Part shown: positions 38,355 through 47,361 of the stretch, piece after piece
How the letters are laid out: every line of letters begins with the position of its first letter
Position numbering within the stretch: the stretch's first letter is position 1
DNA from: an uncultured Gammaproteobacteria bacterium
GTDB taxonomy: Bacteria > Patescibacteriota > Patescibacteriia > UBA1558 > S5-K13
DNA length: 64,000 nt
Reading direction: 5' to 3'
Assembly: GCA_964424195.1 (NCBI GenBank)
Contig: CAYRHT010000002.1
Location: 80,120 to 144,119, forward strand
Translations under genes and position numbers: made by a program
The notes under the pieces: generated by a model
Seen by the model: only the letters and a program-made list of their open reading frames with translations
Databases searched by the model: none
What the model was told of the DNA's origin: nothing

Positions 38355-38894
38355 TTATTTTAAATTATATCCAGCCTCTAAAGCTGCAATATTCATCTTT
38401 TTAAGCTCAGGATATTGTTTGTATTTGTGAGCTAATTTTTTGTTCACTTCCTTTTTAATATCTTCTAAACTTAGAATATCTTTAATATGTCTAACTATTA
38501 ATCCTAGAACTAACATATTCATTACTCGATTACTTCCCATTTCATTAGCTAGAGTATCAAAAGCATATCCTTTAGCTCCTTTGGGAGCTGATTTTACAAA
38601 GTCTTTGTTGTAGATAATTACAGATTTGTTATTAACATAGTCTTCTGCTCGAGCAATAGATCTTTCGGATAGGAAGACAGCTATGTCAGCGATAATAAAC
38701 TTAGGATAGTTAATTTTATCTTTTCCAAACTTAATATATCCTAAAGAAACTCCACCTCTTTGTTCTACTCCATAGTTAGGAACAAAAGAAACTTCTAAGC
38801 CTTTGTGATAAGCAGTTTCAGTTAAGATTTTACTAATAGTTTGAACTCCTTGTCCTCCTTCACCAGCTATAAGTATTTTAATATTATGTTTCAT
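38355..38894 (-). CDS. 2-oxoacid:ferredoxin oxidoreductase gamma subunit (PorG/KorC-like)
   Basis: 179 aa. Motif IKILIAGEGGQGVQTISKIL, typical of POR gamma subunits. Confidence 0.7.
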   Translation of the reverse strand: MKHNIKILIAGEGGQGVQTISKILTETAYHKGLEVSFVPNYGVEQRGGVSLGYIKFGKDKINYPKFIIADIAVFLSERSIARAEDYVNNKSVIIYNKDFVKSAPKGAKGYAFDTLANEMGSNRVMNMLVLGLIVRHIKDILSLEDIKKEVNKKLAHKYKQYPELKKMNIAALEAGYNLK

Positions 38895-38895
38895 G

Positions 38896-39531
38896 TTATT
38901 TAATTGGTTTTAAATATTTACGATATTTTTTCATCATAAACTTAATATCTTCAGTAAATTTTTCTGGATTTTCTTGAATATCTTTTTCTAGTTCTTTTAG
39001 AGAAAAAGTTTCAATTCCAGAACTTTCACCATCAATAAATTTAATTGGTCCATTGTAGTAACCTATATAAATTTGTGTAATGTAGGGTTGAATAAACTTT
39101 TTTTTGTTTTTAATTGTTCTTATAGATTCAAAGTTTTCAAGGTATTCAACTTCTTTAAAAATACCAATAATATTAAGATCAGTTACTTTTATTGCTTTAT
39201 TGAAATTTTCTTGCGATAAGACTGCTGCTGGAAAACCTAATTCTTCAGCACATTCTCTGATTACTGTCATTTCAGCGCTATCTCCAGCAGAAACGTGTCC
39301 ACCAACAGTTTTATCATATAACCCAGTATTTTCTTCTTTTATTTTACTTCTTTTTTGTAAATAAATAGTACCATTAGAATTCATCAATAGTAGTCTTATA
39401 GTTTTTACTTTTTTAGTAACTTTACCTTTTTTAGTAAATTCATTTTTTGTATTTTTGTAGAATTTTCCTCTTTCTTCTACATCAATCATTTTCCCATTTA
39501 AATCATATACTTCTAATAATTCCTTGTTCAT
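38896..39531 (-). CDS. NUDIX hydrolase
   Basis: 211 aa. Nudix box GGHVSAGDSAEMTVIRECAEELG (GX5EX7REUXEEXGU). Confidence 0.75.
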   Translation of the reverse strand: MNKELLEVYDLNGKMIDVEERGKFYKNTKNEFTKKGKVTKKVKTIRLLLMNSNGTIYLQKRSKIKEENTGLYDKTVGGHVSAGDSAEMTVIRECAEELGFPAAVLSQENFNKAIKVTDLNIIGIFKEVEYLENFESIRTIKNKKKFIQPYITQIYIGYYNGPIKFIDGESSGIETFSLKELEKDIQENPEKFTEDIKFMMKKYRKYLKPIK

Positions 39532-39535
39532 ATAT

Positions 39536-40255
39536 TTATTTATTATTTATCTCCCCTACTGGATAGATAGTTTTTAATTTATTTAAAAAGTTTAAAGTTT
39601 CTTTAGCATCTGTTTTCCAATTAGTTGGACAGAATGCTAGAACTTCTACAAATGAAAATCCTTTCCCAGCTAATTGCCATTCCAGAGCTTTCTTTAAGAA
39701 CATTTTTAATTGAATAGGATTATCAACTGTTCCTCTGGCTACATAAGCTGGAACATCATTCATATTAGCTACCATTTCTGGTCCTTTCAAATGAAATTCA
39801 TCAGCTCCTTTAACAGAAGTAGTAGTAATTTGATCTGGAATAGATGTAGGAGCTTTTTGTCCGCCGGTCATAGCATAATTAGCATTATTAATCACAATAG
39901 TAGTGATATTATCATTTCTCATTCGAGAGTTAACTAAATGTTGAGCTCCGATAGCATAGGCTCCTCCATCACCAACATAGGCAATAGCGAGAGCATCTGG
40001 TCGAGATCTTTTAGCACCAACAATTACCGGAACAGTTCTACCATGATGAGTTTGAACAGTATCAATGTTAAAGAAATCCCAAGCTAGAAGTGAACAACCA
40101 ATATCTACTCCGAATAAAGTATTATTTTGTAATTTTAATTCATCAATTATTTCTCCCAGCATTTTAAGAACAATAGGATGTCCACATCCGGGACAAAAAT
40201 TATGTGGTTTTGAAGAATGTTTCCAACATTTTGGCCAAGCAAGATTATTATTCAT
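39536..40255 (-). CDS. 2-oxoacid:ferredoxin oxidoreductase beta subunit (TPP-binding)
   Basis: 239 aa. Motifs CPGCGHPIV and the TPP-binding GDGGAYAIG. Confidence 0.8.
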   Translation of the reverse strand: MNNNLAWPKCWKHSSKPHNFCPGCGHPIVLKMLGEIIDELKLQNNTLFGVDIGCSLLAWDFFNIDTVQTHHGRTVPVIVGAKRSRPDALAIAYVGDGGAYAIGAQHLVNSRMRNDNITTIVINNANYAMTGGQKAPTSIPDQITTTSVKGADEFHLKGPEMVANMNDVPAYVARGTVDNPIQLKMFLKKALEWQLAGKGFSFVEVLAFCPTNWKTDAKETLNFLNKLKTIYPVGEINNK

Positions 40256-40258
40256 ATA

Positions 40259-41308
40259 TTATTTAATTAATTTTATTATTTCTTCAGGACTAATTCCTAA
40301 TGCTGGTCGACAATATTCTTGAATTGGAATCTTACTTCCATAGATATTTTCTTTAACTAATTTCAATAACTGATTAGCAGCTGACTCCATAACTATAATC
40401 TTTTTAATTCCTTTTAATTCTTTCTTTAAAGCTTTGTCTGGAAAAGGATTAATAGTAATTGGTCTAAATAGTTTTACTTTCTTGTTCTGAGAGTCATTAA
40501 TAGCTTGCTGAACTGAAGCAGCTACAATACCATGAGCAATTATTAAAGTCTTAGCAGATTTATTCAAAGAATATGTTTCTGATTCACTAATTTCATTCTT
40601 TATTTTGTTAAAAGCACTTAATAATTCAGTGTTAACTTTAAAACATTGTTCTTCAGTGGTAAATGTATTGTTTAAATTATTGTAGCTTGATTCTTTAGAA
40701 CCATCTCTAACTTTAGATTTTAATACTAAAGGATGTGATTTAACTAAGTTAGCGGGCTTTTTAAGTTCTACTAAAGCTCTAGTCTTTAAAGTATATCCAT
40801 CACTTAGTATGAAAGTAGGGAATTTGTATTTCCAAGCTGTATTAAAAGCTTTAATAGTTTGATCGTAAAGTTCTTGAATATTTGATGGAGAATAGACAAT
40901 ACGATAACCTTCTCCATTACCACCAAAAGCTGTTAGAGTAAGTTCTTGCTGAGAATAGATTACTGAACCAGTAGATGGTCCTCCTCTTTGTCCAATTATA
41001 GCTACAGTTGGGATTCTCATTGCTTCCGCCATTGCAAAAGCATCTTGCATTAGAATGTTCCCTGGACCAGCAGTAGCTGTGAAAGCTTTCATTCCTGTTA
41101 AAACTGAACCAATCATGGCAAAACCAGCTGACATTTCATCTTCAGTTTGTAAAAAAACTAACTTCTTTTTATTCTTTTCATATTCTTGGTCCCATTCAGT
41201 CATTATCTCAGTAGCTGGAGTTATGGGATAACCAAAGTAAGCTCTAGCACCAGCAGCTAAAGCTGCTTTGACTACTATTTCATTTCCAGTAAGTAATTGT
41301 TTTTTCAT
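40259..41308 (-). CDS. 2-oxoacid:ferredoxin oxidoreductase alpha subunit
   Basis: 349 aa. The N-terminus LTGNEIVVKAALAAGARAYFGYPITPATEI is typical of POR/KOR alpha subunits. Confidence 0.8.
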   Translation of the reverse strand: MKKQLLTGNEIVVKAALAAGARAYFGYPITPATEIMTEWDQEYEKNKKKLVFLQTEDEMSAGFAMIGSVLTGMKAFTATAGPGNILMQDAFAMAEAMRIPTVAIIGQRGGPSTGSVIYSQQELTLTAFGGNGEGYRIVYSPSNIQELYDQTIKAFNTAWKYKFPTFILSDGYTLKTRALVELKKPANLVKSHPLVLKSKVRDGSKESSYNNLNNTFTTEEQCFKVNTELLSAFNKIKNEISESETYSLNKSAKTLIIAHGIVAASVQQAINDSQNKKVKLFRPITINPFPDKALKKELKGIKKIIVMESAANQLLKLVKENIYGSKIPIQEYCRPALGISPEEIIKLIK

Positions 41309-41324
41309 TATATTATATATTTAT

Positions 41325-41759
41325 TTATTCATCATGAGGTTCAGAATATATTATCTCATCCTCTTCAGATATTGGTATATTCTTTTTAACTTTAGCATCT
41401 TCTAAATAATTCTCATGTCTTTTAATTTCTAAATTAATCTGAGAAAGATTTTTAATTAATCTAATTAATACTAAAACGATAGTTGAAAGAATAATTAGGA
41501 GAAGCCAAAATTGCCAAGATCTGTAATCTAAATATCCTGGAATTTGATATTCTTCTTCACTTTCTTCTTCCTCAATTATGTTATTAAATAATCCTGGTTC
41601 TAATTCATCCCTTTCTTCAATATATGTATATGTTCCTTCATTCTCTACTTCTTCTTCAATGTCTGAAGGTCCATCATAAGCAGTATATTCTTGAGCTAGA
41701 ACTAAACAAGGTCCAGTAAGAACTATTAAGGCTAGGATTATAATTAAGTATTTTTTCAT
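41325..41759 (-). CDS. Hypothetical acidic protein with a signal peptide and a C-terminal TM helix
   Basis: 144 aa. MKKYLIIILALIVLTGPCLVLA signal. E-rich. TM helix WQFWLLLIILSTIVLVLIRLI. Confidence 0.4.
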   Translation of the reverse strand: MKKYLIIILALIVLTGPCLVLAQEYTAYDGPSDIEEEVENEGTYTYIEERDELEPGLFNNIIEEEESEEEYQIPGYLDYRSWQFWLLLIILSTIVLVLIRLIKNLSQINLEIKRHENYLEDAKVKKNIPISEEDEIIYSEPHDE

Positions 41760-41762
41760 AAT

Positions 41763-42902
41763 TTACTTAGTAGCTATTTCAGCCATTATTTTTTCTTCAT
41801 TACATTTAACAATTATCTTACGGTATTTCTTAGGAAAATGCACGTTTTTAAATATTAGGTTTCGAATATCAGCGTTTCTTTCACCAATGCCACCACTGAA
41901 TACAATAGCATCTACTTTAGGTAATAATGTAAGGTATGATGAAATTTGTCTTTGGATTTGGTAGATGAATAGATTTAAAGCTAATTTTGCTAAGTCTTTC
42001 TTTTCTTTACTAGGTCGAACGCTAGATTTATAATCCTTAATTTTGTATCCAGCGAGAATCATAATATCTCGTAAGTCATCTATCTTAGTAATACCTTTTA
42101 ATCCAGAATTATGATTTAGTAAGCCATATATTTCTGGAAGACTAAGTTTAGCTTGTTTTTTAAGGTAAAAGATAATAGCTGGGTCAATATTACCACTGCG
42201 AGTCATCATCATTAGCCCAGACATCGGACTAAAGCCCATAGAAGTTTCAATAGCTTGATCGTTTTTAATAGTGCTAATACTAGAACCACCACCAAGATGA
42301 CAAGTAATTAAATTACATTTACTAGTTTTCTTTTTTAAGACTTTAGATGCTCCTTGAAGCATTCCTTGATGAGAAAAGCCATGAAAACCAAATTTCCGAA
42401 CATGATATTTTTTAAAGTATTTCAAAGGTAAAGGATAAAGGTAAGAAGTTGGAGCTAAAGTATTAAAAAACATAGTATCAAAGACTGCGATTTGTTTAAC
42501 TGACCATAATTCTAGGGAATATTTAGCAACTCTGAGATTAACTGGATTATGTAAGGGAGCTAGATTATTATACTTACTAATCTTATTGATAGTCTTATTA
42601 TCCAGCTTAATAGCTTTAGTAAACTCTACTCCACCATGAACTATTCGGTGAGCTATTAAAGTGATGTTAATATTAGTTTCTTTATCTAAAAAATCTTTAA
42701 TTATTTTCAAAGCTTGTTGATGTGATTTAATACTTTTGTTTTTAGCTACAATAGTTTTGTTAAACTCAATAATTGATTTTTTAGATCCTATCTTTTCAAT
42801 GATTCCGCTATGTATTTCTTTTAAGCTTTCTTGATTAAATACTTTAAATTTTAAGGAAGTACTTCCACTATTTAAAACTAAAATGTATTTTAATTTCTTC
42901 AT
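41763..42902 (-). CDS. ackA: Acetate (or short-chain acyl) kinase
   Basis: 379 aa. Motifs VLNSGSTSLKF, HRIVHGG, and ITCHLGGGSSI from the ASKHA fold. Confidence 0.8.
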   Translation of the reverse strand: MKKLKYILVLNSGSTSLKFKVFNQESLKEIHSGIIEKIGSKKSIIEFNKTIVAKNKSIKSHQQALKIIKDFLDKETNINITLIAHRIVHGGVEFTKAIKLDNKTINKISKYNNLAPLHNPVNLRVAKYSLELWSVKQIAVFDTMFFNTLAPTSYLYPLPLKYFKKYHVRKFGFHGFSHQGMLQGASKVLKKKTSKCNLITCHLGGGSSISTIKNDQAIETSMGFSPMSGLMMMTRSGNIDPAIIFYLKKQAKLSLPEIYGLLNHNSGLKGITKIDDLRDIMILAGYKIKDYKSSVRPSKEKKDLAKLALNLFIYQIQRQISSYLTLLPKVDAIVFSGGIGERNADIRNLIFKNVHFPKKYRKIIVKCNEEKIMAEIATK

Positions 42903-43462
42903 ATAATTTTTCCTTTATCATTTTGTTTAATTCCAGCTGCATTAGCTTCTTCTATATCAAGATGAACTTTAGTTTGAAACCCTTCTTTAACTCTGGCAAT
43001 TATTTCTTTAAATATTATTGCCCGTTCTCCTTTAATTTCTAATTCTATTTTTTGTCCATTTTTAATTTTGTTCTTCTGAGCATCTTCGGGAGAGATGTGC
43101 AGATGTCTTTTAGCAATAATTACTCCCTCTTCTAAATCAAGTTCATTTAAACTACTAACTATTTTTACTCCAGGAGTTTCATCTAAATCTCCGGATAATC
43201 TCAAAGGAGCGTCTATTCCTAGAAGAAAGGCATCTGATTTCAAGATTTCAATTTGGGTTTTTTCTCGAACTGGGCCAATAATTCTAACATTTTCTAACTT
43301 TCCTTTTGGTCCAATTAAGGTAAGTGTTTCTCGAGCAGCAAAATCTTCAGCTTGGGATAATTTTTTCTCAGAACTTAAATTGTATTCTGGACCAAAAAGT
43401 CTTTCCATAACTTCTTTAGTGACATGAATATGTCGATTAGAATATTCAATAGCTACTTCCAT
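42899..43462 (-). CDS. pduL: PduL/EutD-type phosphate acyltransferase (phosphotransacylase)
   Basis: 187 aa with two PduL repeats carrying SNRHIHV and AKRHLHIS motifs. Its stop overlaps the ack start. Confidence 0.7.
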   Translation of the reverse strand: MEVAIEYSNRHIHVTKEVMERLFGPEYNLSSEKKLSQAEDFAARETLTLIGPKGKLENVRIIGPVREKTQIEILKSDAFLLGIDAPLRLSGDLDETPGVKIVSSLNELDLEEGVIIAKRHLHISPEDAQKNKIKNGQKIELEIKGERAIIFKEIIARVKEGFQTKVHLDIEEANAAGIKQNDKGKII

Positions 43463-43467
43463 AGTAT

Positions 43468-44460
43468 TTATATTTTAAATTTTTTAATTTGAGATTTATT
43501 CAGTAATCCCACCTGAGCTCCTATTCTTTTGATTACTGCATTGCTTTGATAAGTGGCTAGTTTAAGACTTCTTTCTAGATTAGCTTTATACATAATTAAT
43601 CCAGCTACAAAGCTAGAACCAAAAGCATCTCCAGCTCCAGTAGTATTCATTCTTTTGGTATTTGGTAAAGCTTTTCTAAAACATTTCTTTTCACCATTGT
43701 AAATATGAGCTCCTTTGTGACCATCAGTAATTACTACTATTCTTGGTCCCCAGGAATAGATTGTTTCTAATAAGGTATTCATATTAGTTGTTTTAAGACC
43801 AGTAGATAATACTAATTCAATAGCTTCATCTTTATTCAAGTTAAATACTTCTACTTGGGGGAGATATTTTTTAAAGAATTTAAAACCAAGTTTTAATTGA
43901 GCTCCACCAGGATTCCAAGCTATTTTAATTCTCTTTTTGTTTTCAAAAATATTCTTTAGATTAGCTTTTATTAATTGATCTTTGCCACTCAAAGAAGCAA
44001 TGTAAATCCATTTAGTATTTAATTTAGAAATATCATTCTTAATTATTTTCAATTCTGTATTAGCTCCGCGATGACCTAGAATAGCGTGCTCATTTTGATC
44101 ACCATGGTTGATGATGAAAGAAAAACCAGAATAAGTATCTTTATTCTGACTAATATATTTAAGATCAACTTTTTTCTTTTTAAGTTCTTTCAGAATTAAT
44201 TCTCCAATCCAATCTTCTCCTAAGTTTAAAAAACTTGCTGTCTTTAAATTTAAACTAGCAAAGTTAAGGGCAGTATTCATTCCACCACCACCAAAGGTTA
44301 TATGAACATCATCAGAAATTATCTTAGCTCCGTATTCAAAAGCTATTAGTTTTTGCTTCAGAATATCTTTTTTATTCTTAATAATTTCAGCTTCATCTGT
44401 GTAGTACATAATGTCTTGAGTAGCTCCACCAATTGTAATTATATCGAATTTTTTTAACAT
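43468..44460 (-). CDS. PfkB-family carbohydrate kinase (ribokinase-like)
   Basis: 330 aa. N-terminal GG motif (FGGGGMNTA) and the C-terminal signature NTTGAGDAFGSSFVAGL. Confidence 0.75.
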   Translation of the reverse strand: MLKKFDIITIGGATQDIMYYTDEAEIIKNKKDILKQKLIAFEYGAKIISDDVHITFGGGGMNTALNFASLNLKTASFLNLGEDWIGELILKELKKKKVDLKYISQNKDTYSGFSFIINHGDQNEHAILGHRGANTELKIIKNDISKLNTKWIYIASLSGKDQLIKANLKNIFENKKRIKIAWNPGGAQLKLGFKFFKKYLPQVEVFNLNKDEAIELVLSTGLKTTNMNTLLETIYSWGPRIVVITDGHKGAHIYNGEKKCFRKALPNTKRMNTTGAGDAFGSSFVAGLIMYKANLERSLKLATYQSNAVIKRIGAQVGLLNKSQIKKFKI

Positions 44461-44707
44461 AAATTAAAAAATTAGTTGTATAAGGAAATATATAAACTAC
44501 CTTTATTATAGCAGAAAAATTATTAAATGAAAAAAATAAAAAACCAGGACAAAGCCTAGTTTTAAAAGTCTAAAAAATCAGTTTCATCGGAAATCTCACA
44601 AACCACATAGTGGGTGAAGATTAGGTTAGATAGCCACGACTAAATAACACTTAAAATCCCAATGTTAATGATGTAGTTTTCCAATCGCTGATTCTTTAGA
44701 CAAGTTA

Positions 44708-44750
44708 ATTATATCAAAAAACAAAACAGCTTGGCAAATGCCAAGCTGTT
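44708..44750 (-). terminator. Rho-independent terminator downstream of ndk
   Basis: On the minus strand: AACAGCTTGGC-attt-GCCAAGCTGTT followed by TTGTTTTTTG. Confidence 0.7.
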
Positions 44751-44770
44751 GATATCTCTAGATAATAAAT

Positions 44771-45358
44771 TTAGAAAGCACTAGATTCCATACTTCTTTC
44801 GTAATCATGAATTTCTTCTGGGCTAAACCAATGACTAATTTCATGCTCAGCTTCTTCTGATGTTTCAGAAGCATGAACAATATTCTTTACAGCTCTTTTA
44901 CCTTTGTTAGCAGCAATTGGAGAATCTACTGAATAATCACCTCGAATAGTTCCCATTTCAGCCATAGAAGGCATTGTCGGACCAGCTAGTTTCCGAACCA
45001 TATCAATAGCATGAATTCCTTGAACTACCATTTTAATCATAGGAGCAGAAGTCATGAAGTCAAGCAACCAACCTCTAACCATGGTTCCAATTTCAAAAGT
45101 ATCAGTAGTTCCTACTTCTTTTATAGCATCTAAATTATACTTAGCATAAGTGTCCAATGTTTTTTGTCCTAGTCGAGAAATCCATTCTTTATCTTTTGGA
45201 TAGTGATCATCTACTTGTTTATGACTTGGTTTAAACATTGAAAGAGCTACTATCTTTAAACCTCTTTGTTCAATTCTTTCAATAATATCACCAGTTAGTC
45301 CTCTAGTAACTCCATCTGGCTTAATCATTAGATAAGTTCGTTCTTGTTTTGGTTCCAT
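44771..45358 (-). CDS. ndk: Nucleoside diphosphate kinase (long form)
   Basis: 195 aa. N-terminus ERTYLMIKPDGVTRGLTGDIIERIEQRGLKIVAL and the active-site region NIVHASET. Confidence 0.75.
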   Translation of the reverse strand: MEPKQERTYLMIKPDGVTRGLTGDIIERIEQRGLKIVALSMFKPSHKQVDDHYPKDKEWISRLGQKTLDTYAKYNLDAIKEVGTTDTFEIGTMVRGWLLDFMTSAPMIKMVVQGIHAIDMVRKLAGPTMPSMAEMGTIRGDYSVDSPIAANKGKRAVKNIVHASETSEEAEHEISHWFSPEEIHDYERSMESSAF

Positions 45359-45382
45359 ATTTTTATTTATTTAATTATATTA

Positions 45383-45763
45383 TTACTTACTAAGTACTTC
45401 TTTAACTTTTTCTACTACTTGAGCTGGAGTTAAATTAGCTTTTACTAGATAATCAATAGCTCCTAATTTAGTTCCTTTCTCAACATCTTCTTCTTGTCCT
45501 AGATTAGTTAACATGATGATTGGAATATTTTTAGTAGCAGGATCTTCTTTTAAATCTTTTAGAACCATAAAACCATCTACTTCAGGCATCATAATATCTA
45601 AGAGAATAACATCTGGTTTCATAGTTTTAGCTTCTTCTAGACCAACTCTACCATTTTCAGATTTTTCAGCTTGATATCCTTCTTTTTCAAATTTAGAAAT
45701 ATACATATTAGCTAGCATTTCTTCATCTTCGATAATTAGAACTTTTGTTTTTTTCTCAGTCAT
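45383..45763 (-). CDS. Single-domain response regulator (CheY-like receiver)
   Basis: 126 aa. Motifs KVLIIEDEE ... DVILLDIMMPEVDGF ... T ... K. Confidence 0.8.
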   Translation of the reverse strand: MTEKKTKVLIIEDEEMLANMYISKFEKEGYQAEKSENGRVGLEEAKTMKPDVILLDIMMPEVDGFMVLKDLKEDPATKNIPIIMLTNLGQEEDVEKGTKLGAIDYLVKANLTPAQVVEKVKEVLSK

Positions 45764-45848
45764 AAATTTTAATTCTTTTAGTAATAATAAAATGTAGATT
45801 TTTAAAATCTTAGCTTTAGTATATCATAAGCTATTTTTATTTCAACTA

Positions 45849-45877
45849 TTGACATTATTCAATAAATATGCTATATT
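45849..45877 (+). promoter_or_regulatory. Sigma70-type promoter (TTGACA-N17-TATATT)
   Basis: An exact -35 at 45849-45854, a 17-nt spacer, and the -10 TATATT at 45872-45877. It lies about 40 nt upstream of the gene at 45917, which has an AGGAGG RBS. Confidence 0.5.
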
Positions 45878-45916
45878 ATAGTAATGCCTAAAAATTAGGT
45901 AAAAAAAGGAGGAAGT

Positions 45917-46471
45917 ATGAAAAAGAGTATTTTTATCGTGTTGGCAATCGTATTGTCATTAGTATTGTTCGCAGAGGTCATTGTTATTGATTCGGAAAAA
46001 GCAACTTCTGATGATTCAAGCCTTGTAAGAGAAGAGGCTGAAAGAGTTGCTGACGAAATGATAAGAGTCGTTGAAGAAATCAAAGCAGAAAGTGGTATTG
46101 GGTATGGGATTAATACCTATATATATAGTGAATTAATTTCTTTGATTAAAGAAAAAGGAATGAAAACTTCGATTGATGCGGATCGAGTTGCTTATCAAAT
46201 AGAAGATAAAACTATAAATATCATCTATATTGAAGGTAAAAGCAATTTTAAGTATCTAATTTGTGAAGACTTACTCAATCCGGATAATGGTTTGATAGAT
46301 TATAACTTAGATGGATTGGTTTCATCGAACGTTATATCTCCGGACTATATTTATACGGGTGATTTCAAATTCTGTTATTCAAAAGATAACGAGCTTTTAC
46401 TGCCGGTTTGGGGTTGCTATCGAGAGCAACTTGTAAAAGCAATTTCATACTTTACAAATAAAATTTCTTGA
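45917..46471 (+). CDS. Hypothetical secreted protein
   Basis: 184 aa. Signal peptide MKKSIFIVLAIVLSLVLFA and a strong RBS. Confidence 0.45.
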   Translation: MKKSIFIVLAIVLSLVLFAEVIVIDSEKATSDDSSLVREEAERVADEMIRVVEEIKAESGIGYGINTYIYSELISLIKEKGMKTSIDADRVAYQIEDKTINIIYIEGKSNFKYLICEDLLNPDNGLIDYNLDGLVSSNVISPDYIYTGDFKFCYSKDNELLLPVWGCYREQLVKAISYFTNKIS

Positions 46472-46489
46472 TAATCTAAGGAATTTTCA

Positions 46490-46523
46490 ATTTGAGCTCG
46501 GATTTATTCGAGCTCTTTTTTTA
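46490..46523. terminator. Bidirectional Rho-independent terminator
   Basis: Hairpin GAGCTCG-gatttatt-CGAGCTC followed by a T7 run (an A-run lies upstream on the plus strand). Confidence 0.6.
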
Positions 46524-47361
46524 CCCAATACTTCTCCCCATCACTCTCAATCCAAATATCACCTAATTCATCATTCCTTAATATCTTAATACTCCTCTCT
46601 TCCAACCTTTCTAAAGTCTCCAAATGAGGATGTTTGTGCTGATTATCTAAACCAGACTGAATAATTGCCAGCTCTGGTTTTAATTTATCCAAAATATCAT
46701 CACAGTTACTCCATCTGGAACCATGATGACTAGCTTTGTAAATTTCAGTCTCTGTATTCAATCCTTGTCTAATAATCTCCTCCTCCCCTTCACAAGTTAA
46801 ATCTCCAGCTAACCAGAAATCTATCTCTCCATAACTTAGAATCAAAGACACTGAAGTATTGTTTATATCTTCTGCTTCCTCCTCTTTCAGAATATGAGTC
46901 GGATAAACAACTCTAATTTTTAGATCATCTTCAATTAAATATTCTTGCCCCAGAAGAGCTACTTTAGTATCTAGCTTGTCAGCTATATTTTGAAAGTATT
47001 GATATTCTGACCATTGAGATTCAACTCCGGACCAAAGAACTAATTTAATATCATATCTTTTAACTATTTCTACTAAACCATAGAAATGATCAGCATGAGC
47101 ATGAGTTAAAACTAGAATATCTATTTGATGGTTTTGATAGGAGTGCTTGTTTCCTAATTGATGAATTAAATTAGCATCTGGTCCTCCATCAATTAGAATA
47201 TTCTTTCCCTGAGGACTTTTAATTAAAACAGCATCTCCTTGACCAACATCTAAGAAACAAACTCGAAGTAAATTTGATTGATCTTCAAACTTGTAATAGC
47301 AGAGAGCAATGATGATTAAGATGGTGATAATACTAATTTTTTTTCTTTTGGACATAAACAA
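46504..47361 (-). CDS. comEC: ComEC/Rec2 C-terminal metallo-beta-lactamase domain protein, encoded as a separate ORF
   Basis: 285 aa. N-terminal TM helix. MBL motifs LDVGQGDAVLI and VLTHAHADHFYGL. It overlaps the upstream ComEC-N ORF by 29 nt in a different frame. Confidence 0.7.
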   Translation of the reverse strand: MFMSKRKKISIITILIIIALCYYKFEDQSNLLRVCFLDVGQGDAVLIKSPQGKNILIDGGPDANLIHQLGNKHSYQNHQIDILVLTHAHADHFYGLVEIVKRYDIKLVLWSGVESQWSEYQYFQNIADKLDTKVALLGQEYLIEDDLKIRVVYPTHILKEEEAEDINNTSVSLILSYGEIDFWLAGDLTCEGEEEIIRQGLNTETEIYKASHHGSRWSNCDDILDKLKPELAIIQSGLDNQHKHPHLETLERLEERSIKILRNDELGDIWIESDGEKYWVKKELE

